From positions 162,357 through 226,356 of the forward strand of contig JAKOXV010000003.1 of assembly GCA_029780855.1 (NCBI GenBank): a stretch of 64,000 nucleotides of DNA. The letters run 5' to 3'. The notes beneath the pieces are model-generated. The model was not told the DNA's origin and ran no database searches. It saw only the letters and a program-made list of their open reading frames with translations. Made by a program: the position numbers and the translations under genes. Positions 57,265 to 64,000 of this stretch are shown piece by piece. Position 1 is the stretch's first letter. Every line of letters begins with the position of its first letter. The stretch is from a bacterium. Lineage in GTDB: Bacteria > Patescibacteriota > Saccharimonadia > Saccharimonadales > JAUPVS01.

Positions 57265-58305
57265 ATGAGTTTACTAACAGGCGTATCTGATTTTATTGGG
57301 CTAGACATCGGTACATCTGCAATCCGGGTGGTACAGCTTCGTGGTGGCAGTGGTGTGAAGACATTGGATAAGTATGCCTTTGCTCCCGTAGATAGTAAGC
57401 TGGCTATGAGCGATTCCAAAGCTGACCAGCAAAAGCTTATTCAGATAGTGCGGGATTTGCTGGAACAAGCTCGTATTGGTTCCAGGAACGTAGCAGTTGG
57501 CCTGCCATCACAACGAGTATTTACAACGGTGGTTGATATTGATCGTTTGGATGAAAATGAGCTAGCCAAAAGCATACGCTACCAAGCTGATTCATTGATA
57601 CCTACACCAGTGGTCGATTCAAAAATTGATTGGGCATTGTTGGGCGATTCTCCCAAGGATAAGACCAAAGTAGAACTTCTGCTTACCAGCGTAACGAACG
57701 AAATTGTAGAAAGTCGACTGGACATGCTTGAATCGATAGGGCTAAACGTGATTGCGTTCGAGCCTGATAACTTGGCTCTGGCACGAGCGCTGGTGGCTGC
57801 GGACGCTACAACACCTCAGCTAGTACTGGATATGGGAAGCAAGAGTTCGGACTTGGTTATTGTTATGAACGGTGCGGCGCGGCTCACTCGTTCCATCCCG
57901 ACTGGCTCAGATGCCATTATTAAAGCTGCCATGCAGAACTTGGGCATTGATGAAAAACAGGCACAACAGTTTGTGTTCAAGTTTGGACTAAGCAAAGACA
58001 AGCTGGAGGGGCAGATACATCAAGCTATAATTTCTACCGTTGATTTGTTGGTTGGTGAAATCGAAAAATCAATTAAGTTCTTTCAGGCTCGTTACCCCCA
58101 GGTTAAACTTGACCGTATTATCGTAACCGGTGGCGCATCAACCTTGCCGGAGTTTCCGTTGTACATTGCAAACAAGTTTGGTGTAAGCGTAGAGATTGGA
58201 AACGCCTGGCGGAATGTATCATTCCCTGCAGATATGCAAAACGAATTACTTGCCGTGTCCAATAGTTTTGGAGTAGCAGTCGGTTTAGCGGAGCGAATGG
58301 AATGA
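57265..58305 (+). CDS. pilM: type IV pilus assembly protein PilM
   Basis: IGLDIGTSAIRVV, LDMG, TGG, AVGLA. Confidence 0.93.
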   Translation: MSLLTGVSDFIGLDIGTSAIRVVQLRGGSGVKTLDKYAFAPVDSKLAMSDSKADQQKLIQIVRDLLEQARIGSRNVAVGLPSQRVFTTVVDIDRLDENELAKSIRYQADSLIPTPVVDSKIDWALLGDSPKDKTKVELLLTSVTNEIVESRLDMLESIGLNVIAFEPDNLALARALVAADATTPQLVLDMGSKSSDLVIVMNGAARLTRSIPTGSDAIIKAAMQNLGIDEKQAQQFVFKFGLSKDKLEGQIHQAIISTVDLLVGEIEKSIKFFQARYPQVKLDRIIVTGGASTLPEFPLYIANKFGVSVEIGNAWRNVSFPADMQNELLAVSNSFGVAVGLAERME

Positions 58306-58976
58306 TTCAGCTAAACCTACTCCCCGACATTAAGCTTGATTATATTAAAGCCAATCGCACAAAACACATGGTGCTCGTGGTATCAGCCATCGTGGCAGCT
58401 AGTGCATTTACTATATTTTTGCTCATGTTTATATCGGTGAAAGTGTTTCAAAAGCAGCACATTGACCACCTGACTACAGATATTAAGAGCAATAATGCCA
58501 AGATTCAGAACATCAACGATATATCAAAGATCTTAACGGTGCAGAATCAGCTTAAGGCACTACCGGATTTACATAGTCAAAAACCGGCTACCTCACGACT
58601 TCCTGAGTACCTTATCCAGATTACCCCTAGTAATGTCTCCCTTGCTAGTGTCAATATCGACTTTACGAGCCAGACAGTTTCTATGAGTGGTTCGGCACCG
58701 AGTTTGAGTGATGTAAACACATTTGTAGATACCATTAAGTTCACAAACTACACGGTAAAGGGCACTGAGGGTTCATCTAAAGCGTTTTCAGACGTGGTGC
58801 TTACTGGTTTTTCTAAGGACCAAAAAGGCGCTAGCTACCAGATTGACTTCAAATTTGATGCTGCCATCTTTGATAACACCAAAGAAGTGAGCCTCTCCAT
58901 TCCTAAGATCATTACCACTCGTTCGGAAATTGAGAAACCAAGCGCGCTCTTTAATCAAACCGGCACGGGGCAATAG
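58302..58976 (+). CDS. pilN: PilN-like protein
   Basis: IQLNLLP N-terminal motif, TM helix, coiled coil. Confidence 0.85.
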   Translation: MIQLNLLPDIKLDYIKANRTKHMVLVVSAIVAASAFTIFLLMFISVKVFQKQHIDHLTTDIKSNNAKIQNINDISKILTVQNQLKALPDLHSQKPATSRLPEYLIQITPSNVSLASVNIDFTSQTVSMSGSAPSLSDVNTFVDTIKFTNYTVKGTEGSSKAFSDVVLTGFSKDQKGASYQIDFKFDAAIFDNTKEVSLSIPKIITTRSEIEKPSALFNQTGTGQ

Positions 58977-58984
58977 GAACAAAT

Positions 58985-59656
58985 ATGGCAGACAAAAAAC
59001 CAACCACCAAACGACTACAAATAGATAAGGCCAACGCCATGATGGTGATTGCGGTAGCGGTCGCTTCTTTCGTGGTAACGTTTTCGATAATCGCCGCGCG
59101 CGCGCTTTGGAGTCAGCAAAACTACCAAAGTAGGGTGATAAAACAAAAGAAAGTGGCGCTAGACCAGCTCAAGAGCAATTTACAGGCAGCACAGAACCTT
59201 GATATAGCGTATAAAGAGTTCACTGGCGGCAATGATAATGTGTTAGGCGGTAATCCCTCGGGAAACGGCGAAAAGGACGGGGATAACGGTAAGATTGTCC
59301 TCGATGCGCTCCCCAGCAAATACGACTTCCCAGCTCTCGTAACCAGCGTAGAAACGCTGCTCACAAAAAACAGTATTGCAGTTAAATCAATTGGCGGAAC
59401 GGATGATCAGCTAAATCAGAATGACAAACCTGCCAGTTCACCAAAACCCGTTGAAATGCCGTTTACCTTCACTGCAGGGGGATCCTACCAGGCTCTAAAA
59501 GATTTAATGAGCGTGACGGAGCGTTCTATTCGACCAATTAACGTTCAGTCAATCTCTATAAGCGGGCAGGACAATGATTTATCCGTGACGGTCAATGCAA
59601 TAACGTATTATCAGTCAGAGGTGAGCCTAAAGATGGGAACAAAGGTAATCAAATGA
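58985..59656 (+). CDS. pilO: PilO-like protein
   Basis: TM helix, ALPSKYDFP, GSY, ERSIRP; operon position. Confidence 0.75.
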   Translation: MADKKPTTKRLQIDKANAMMVIAVAVASFVVTFSIIAARALWSQQNYQSRVIKQKKVALDQLKSNLQAAQNLDIAYKEFTGGNDNVLGGNPSGNGEKDGDNGKIVLDALPSKYDFPALVTSVETLLTKNSIAVKSIGGTDDQLNQNDKPASSPKPVEMPFTFTAGGSYQALKDLMSVTERSIRPINVQSISISGQDNDLSVTVNAITYYQSEVSLKMGTKVIK

Positions 59657-59898
59657 AACAAAAAGATATATTAACGGTCGGTATCGTAATTTTTGTAACC
59701 GCAATCATTTCTTATTTTGTGAGCAATAAACTTTTTGCAGCACCAGCTAATCGCCAGACGCCCGTAGAGGTAGTAACCCCGATAAGTGCGGAATTTACCC
59801 AGCCTGATAGCAGGTACTTCAATAAAGACTCGCTTGATCCGACCCGACTCATACAAATTGGTGAGTCAACCAACTCACAACCGTTCAACGCTCAGTAG
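59653..59898 (+). CDS. small membrane protein in the pil operon (PilP position)
   Basis: TM helix, ends QPF; overlaps the pilO stop codon. Confidence 0.65.
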   Translation: MKQKDILTVGIVIFVTAIISYFVSNKLFAAPANRQTPVEVVTPISAEFTQPDSRYFNKDSLDPTRLIQIGESTNSQPFNAQ

Positions 59899-59909
59899 GG
59901 AGGTAGAAG

Positions 59910-61706
59910 ATGAGCGTGCTCTCAGCTGACGCCCAAAAACAAGTCGAAGAACTACTGCAGAAAGACGGCTTAGTCTCTAAGGAAAAAATAGATGAGGTCC
60001 GAAAAAAAGCGGCAAAAGAAAGCGTACCGCTTTTTGGTGAGCTGGTTTCTGAAGGAATTATTACTAATGAGCAGCTTACCAAAACAATTGCTACTGTTAC
60101 TAAAATCCCGTATGTCAATTTGAGCACCGCCCAGATAGATGCTGATGTATTGCAACTCCTGCCGCAGGACATTGCGGAGCGCTATATGGCGGTACCACTG
60201 GGTGAAATGCAGCAGCGATTGGTGGTTGCTATGCTCGACGCCGACAATGTCCAAGCGGTAGACTTTTTGGCAAACAAAATTGGCCGGCCGCTCAAGGTTT
60301 ATGCCGCCAGTGAGGAAGGAATACGACGCATACTCGGCCAATATGATAATGCCAACATCGACAAAGAGGTTGCCGGGGCGCTCGGAGCCCATCTAGACGA
60401 AGAAGATTCTGCCGAACGAAAGGAAAAGAAGAAAGAGCAACCTAAAAATATCGAGGCCATGGTCCAAGATTCGCCGATTAGTAAGGCCCTGACCACTATT
60501 CTAGATTACGCTGCAAAAAACCGCGCCAGCGATATCCATATTGAGCCGTTGGAGAACGAATTACGTATCCGTTGCCGAATAGACGGCGTGCTGCGTGAAA
60601 TCATGAAACTACCAAAAAGCACCGAACCGCCTCTTGTCTCCCGTATAAAAATTTTATCCAACCTGAAGATAGATGAGCATCGCATCCCACAGGATGGTCA
60701 GTTTAGTATTGTGGCTAACAATCATCCGATTGACCTGCGTATCGCCATTTCTCCGGTAGTGTGGGGAGAACAGGTAGTAATACGTCTGCTAGATAAGACC
60801 GGTACGAGCCTCAAGCTGGAAGACATGGGCTATACAGGGCGGGCTTTGCGAATGATTAGGAAGGGACTAAAACGGCCGAACGGCATGATTCTCACTTCTG
60901 GACCGACCGGTTCCGGTAAGTCAACATCCATGTATGCCATGATCCAGGAAATCAAAAACGATAGCATAAACATCGTCACGCTAGAGGATCCGGTAGAATA
61001 CAAAATGCAAGGTATCAACCAGATTCAAGTGAATGCTGATGTGGGACTTACCTTTGCATCCGGGCTCCGGTCTATCTTGCGTCAAGATCCGAACGTCGTG
61101 ATGGTAGGTGAGATTCGTGATAAAGAGACTGCTACCCTGGCGGTGCAAGCTGCCCTTACCGGACACTTGGTGTTCTCAACATTGCATACCAACTCAGCTG
61201 CCGGAATTCTTCCTCGTTTACTCGACATGGGTATTGAGCCCTTCCTGATAGCCTCTACCGTCCATACAGTTATTGGTCAGCGATTGGTTCGTCGGCTAAC
61301 CGAAAGTCGTCAAAGTTATCAATCTGACGCAGCGGAAGCGGAAGCAGTTCATGCCACAATCGGATCCCTACTACCCGAGAAGACAGAAGACGTTAAAAAA
61401 GTTGGCGAAGATTTGGGGTACGAAACCTTGCCTCTTAGAGGCCAAAATGCTTATACTTTATTCAAGGGCGCGGATAGTCCTGATAATCCAGGAGGATACA
61501 AAGGTCGGATGGGCTTGTACGAGGTGTTTGAAGTAACCTCGGCAATCCAGGAACTCATCTTAAAACAAGCACCGAGTTCTGAAATCCAAAAAGCAGCACA
61601 AGCCGAGGGTATGATAACTATGCGCCAGGATGGCTACCTGAAGGCTTTGGCAGGAGAGACAACATTACAAGAGGTAAATCGCGTTGCTGCGGCAGATAGC
61701 GCGTAA
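59910..61706 (+). CDS. pilB: type IV pilus extension ATPase (GspE/PilB)
   Basis: ASDIHIEP, RIDGVL, PQDG, GPTGSGKST, LRQDP, TGHLVFSTLHTN. Confidence 0.95.
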   Translation: MSVLSADAQKQVEELLQKDGLVSKEKIDEVRKKAAKESVPLFGELVSEGIITNEQLTKTIATVTKIPYVNLSTAQIDADVLQLLPQDIAERYMAVPLGEMQQRLVVAMLDADNVQAVDFLANKIGRPLKVYAASEEGIRRILGQYDNANIDKEVAGALGAHLDEEDSAERKEKKKEQPKNIEAMVQDSPISKALTTILDYAAKNRASDIHIEPLENELRIRCRIDGVLREIMKLPKSTEPPLVSRIKILSNLKIDEHRIPQDGQFSIVANNHPIDLRIAISPVVWGEQVVIRLLDKTGTSLKLEDMGYTGRALRMIRKGLKRPNGMILTSGPTGSGKSTSMYAMIQEIKNDSINIVTLEDPVEYKMQGINQIQVNADVGLTFASGLRSILRQDPNVVMVGEIRDKETATLAVQAALTGHLVFSTLHTNSAAGILPRLLDMGIEPFLIASTVHTVIGQRLVRRLTESRQSYQSDAAEAEAVHATIGSLLPEKTEDVKKVGEDLGYETLPLRGQNAYTLFKGADSPDNPGGYKGRMGLYEVFEVTSAIQELILKQAPSSEIQKAAQAEGMITMRQDGYLKALAGETTLQEVNRVAAADSA

Positions 61707-61716
61707 AAGGTGAAGG

Positions 61717-62790
61717 GTGGCTATGCAAGGACAACCAAAAATCGAAATACTACTAGAAGAGGTAATCAAAAAGAAAGCCTCTGACCTTCATATTCAAGTG
61801 GGGCTTCCGCCTATGTTACGTGTTGATGGTTCACTGGTCGCGGTATCGGGTGCTGATCCGCTGAACGAAGAGGCAGTAGAATCGCTGGTGTTTGCCATTT
61901 TGGACGAAGATCAAAAGCAAATTCTCTTAAAAGACAAAGAGTTTGACTTTAGTTTCGCGTTTGGAGACTTAGGCCGGTTCCGTGTTAACGCGTTTCATGA
62001 GCGCGGTAACTTGGCGGCCGCACTGCGTTTAATCCCGAATGAAATTCTAACGATTGAGCAGCTCGGATTGCCGCAAGTGGTTAATAAGTTTGCTGATTAT
62101 CCACGAGGACTGGTACTGGTAACCGGCCCGACTGGTTCCGGTAAGTCAACCACATTGGCTGCACTGGTTCATAAAATTAATGCCGAGCGAGCCTGTCACA
62201 TTGTGACCATCGAAGATCCGATTGAATTTACGCATAAATCCCAGAAATCGGTGATTGTGCAACGAGAAGTACACTATGACACCTATTCATTCTCTGCGGC
62301 GCTCCGTAGTAGCTTGCGACAAGACCCGGACGTTGTCTTGATCGGTGAGATGCGCGACCTCGAAACTATTGCTGCTGCGATTACTATCGCCGAAACCGGC
62401 CACTTGGTCTTTGCAACACTTCATACCAACTCTGCTTCTCAGAGTATTGATCGTATGATTGACGTGTTCCCGCCGCACCAGCAGCCACAAATTCGTTCAC
62501 AGCTTGCAAACATTCTACAAGCTATCTGTTCACAGCGGCTGGCGCCAGCAATCGGTGGCGGTCGGGTGGTGGCAGCAGAAATTCTAATTGCTACGCCAGC
62601 AGTACGCAACATCATCCGTGAAGGTAAGAGCCACCAACTAGAAGCAGTTATACAGACCGGTGCAGAGCATGGCATGCAATCCATGGACAAGACGCTGGTT
62701 AACATGATTCATAACGGTACAATCACCTATGATGAAGCCCGAAACTTTGCCGTGGACATAGAAGAACTAGACCGGTTAATGCGAGGCTAG
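61717..62790 (+). CDS. pilT: type IV pilus retraction ATPase
   Basis: ASDLH, GPTGSGKSTT, EDPIE, LRQDPD, AVRNIIRE, GMQSMD. Confidence 0.95.
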   Translation: MAMQGQPKIEILLEEVIKKKASDLHIQVGLPPMLRVDGSLVAVSGADPLNEEAVESLVFAILDEDQKQILLKDKEFDFSFAFGDLGRFRVNAFHERGNLAAALRLIPNEILTIEQLGLPQVVNKFADYPRGLVLVTGPTGSGKSTTLAALVHKINAERACHIVTIEDPIEFTHKSQKSVIVQREVHYDTYSFSAALRSSLRQDPDVVLIGEMRDLETIAAAITIAETGHLVFATLHTNSASQSIDRMIDVFPPHQQPQIRSQLANILQAICSQRLAPAIGGGRVVAAEILIATPAVRNIIREGKSHQLEAVIQTGAEHGMQSMDKTLVNMIHNGTITYDEARNFAVDIEELDRLMRG

Positions 62791-62791
62791 T

Positions 62792-64000
62792 ATGCTAACG
62801 TACGAATATACCGCAAAAGATTCCGCGACTGGCCAGAAAGTAAAATCAGAAGTACAGGCTGAAAGCGAGCATGCTGCGGTGCAGATGATAACCAAAGAAG
62901 GTTTAGCGCCGATAGAAATTACGCTGAAGCAAAACGCCAACGGTTCGCTGTTGGGTAAGTTTCTCCACCGCATAAGGGTGAAGGATAAGGTACTGTTTTC
63001 TCGGCAGCTTTCGACATTGATTAACGCCGGTTTACCGCTGGTCCAAAGTTTGCGTAACGTCGCCAGACAAACCTCTAATAAGAATCTCCAAGAGGTGATA
63101 TCTAAAGTTATTGCTGACGTTGAGGCTGGTTCGAGTTTTTCGTCGGCATTGGCAAAGTTCCCGCAGGTATTTGATGAGGTTTTTATAAACCTTATTGCTG
63201 CCGGTGAAGCTTCTGGTACACTGGATCGTTCACTTGAGCGATTGGCTGATCAACAAGAAAAAGATGCTGAGATTCTCAGCAAGGTACGCGGCGCCATGAT
63301 TTACCCGGTAATTGTCCTGCTTGTCATGGTGGGAGTGGTCGGGTTTATGATTATTGCGGTATTGCCACAAGTGCAAAAGGTGTACGATGGCATAAAAGGT
63401 GCGCATCTACCCATCCTGACCCGTGTATTGCTGGCCGTTTCTAATTTTATGGTTCACTGGTGGTGGATTGTATTAGCTGTTGTAGTTGCGGGGACATTCT
63501 TCACTACGCGATGGGCGCGTACTTTCGGTGGTAAACAAGTGATTGACCGAATAAAGATGAAAGCGTGGCCTATTGGACCGCTCTTTAGAAAGCTATATAT
63601 GGCACGTTTTGCTCGAACTGGCTCGACTCTCGTCGCCAGCGGCGTACCTCTCATCCAGATGCTCCAAATAACCTCAAAATCAGTGAACAATGTACACGTG
63701 GAGGCTTCTCTAAAGCGAGCAACTGATAAAGTACGCGGAGGTAAGGCACTGTCTGAAGCGCTTGCCAATGACCCAAACTTTCTCGAGCTTGTCCCAAATA
63801 TGTTAAAAATTGGTGAAGATTCCGGTTCTATGGAGCAAATGCTCGAAAAGACTGCGGACTACTATGAAAAAGAAGTCGATACGCAGATAAAAAACATCTC
63901 CACTATTATCGAACCGGTTCTCATGATTATCCTCGGCGTTGTGGCGCTGCTGATTGTTGCGGCAATCTTGCTGCCTATATACGGGCTTGTCGGGCAGAAT
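62792..64000 (+). CDS. pilC: type IV pilus platform protein PilC/GspF (truncated at window end)
   Basis: Manual translation: MLTYEYTAKD...FSRQLSTLINAGLPL...AGEASGTLD...AMIYP...IGEDSGSM...IEP...LPIY. Confidence 0.93.
   Translation, partial: MLTYEYTAKDSATGQKVKSEVQAESEHAAVQMITKEGLAPIEITLKQNANGSLLGKFLHRIRVKDKVLFSRQLSTLINAGLPLVQSLRNVARQTSNKNLQEVISKVIADVEAGSSFSSALAKFPQVFDEVFINLIAAGEASGTLDRSLERLADQQEKDAEILSKVRGAMIYPVIVLLVMVGVVGFMIIAVLPQVQKVYDGIKGAHLPILTRVLLAVSNFMVHWWWIVLAVVVAGTFFTTRWARTFGGKQVIDRIKMKAWPIGPLFRKLYMARFARTGSTLVASGVPLIQMLQITSKSVNNVHVEASLKRATDKVRGGKALSEALANDPNFLELVPNMLKIGEDSGSMEQMLEKTADYYEKEVDTQIKNISTIIEPVLMIILGVVALLIVAAILLPIYGLVGQN

Overview
Chromosomal window from a Candidate Phyla Radiation bacterium, most likely Saccharibacteria (TM7). 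This is inferred from compact core genes mixed with orphans, a pilM-N-O-(P)-B-T-C type IV pilus operon, a WhiB and a degenerate DHH protein. It carries housekeeping genes (tsaD, murE, groES/EL with CIRCE, argS, dnaG-rpoD, polA, mutM, dut, holA, rpsT, truB, rpsO-pnp, rnj, ftsK, rpsF-ssb-rpsR, efp, ychF). I found no tRNA, rRNA, CRISPR array, integrase or transposase. Most core genes appear leaderless, with a -10 hexamer just upstream of the start codon. Three stand-alone units break this pattern (about 3527-4173 minus, 4829-5466 plus, 53243-54200 plus). Each has a sigma70 promoter, a structured leader, a Shine-Dalgarno site, an orphan ORF, a long GC-rich hairpin right after the stop codon and a G-poor tract; two end in a clear terminator. 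Two of the ORFs have about 90-94% G/C at third codon positions, which is actinobacterial (host-like) usage in a mid-GC genome. This is the top candidate for an undescribed system. Other highlights are an archaeal-type lipid head-group operon (CDP-alcohol transferase, PHP phosphatase, CarS), a WhiB whose resident RpoD lacks the canonical docking motif, a Crp with a perfect site upstream of its own gene, and tandem 2OG-Fe(II) dioxygenases. All calls are by eye from motifs; no database searches were run.
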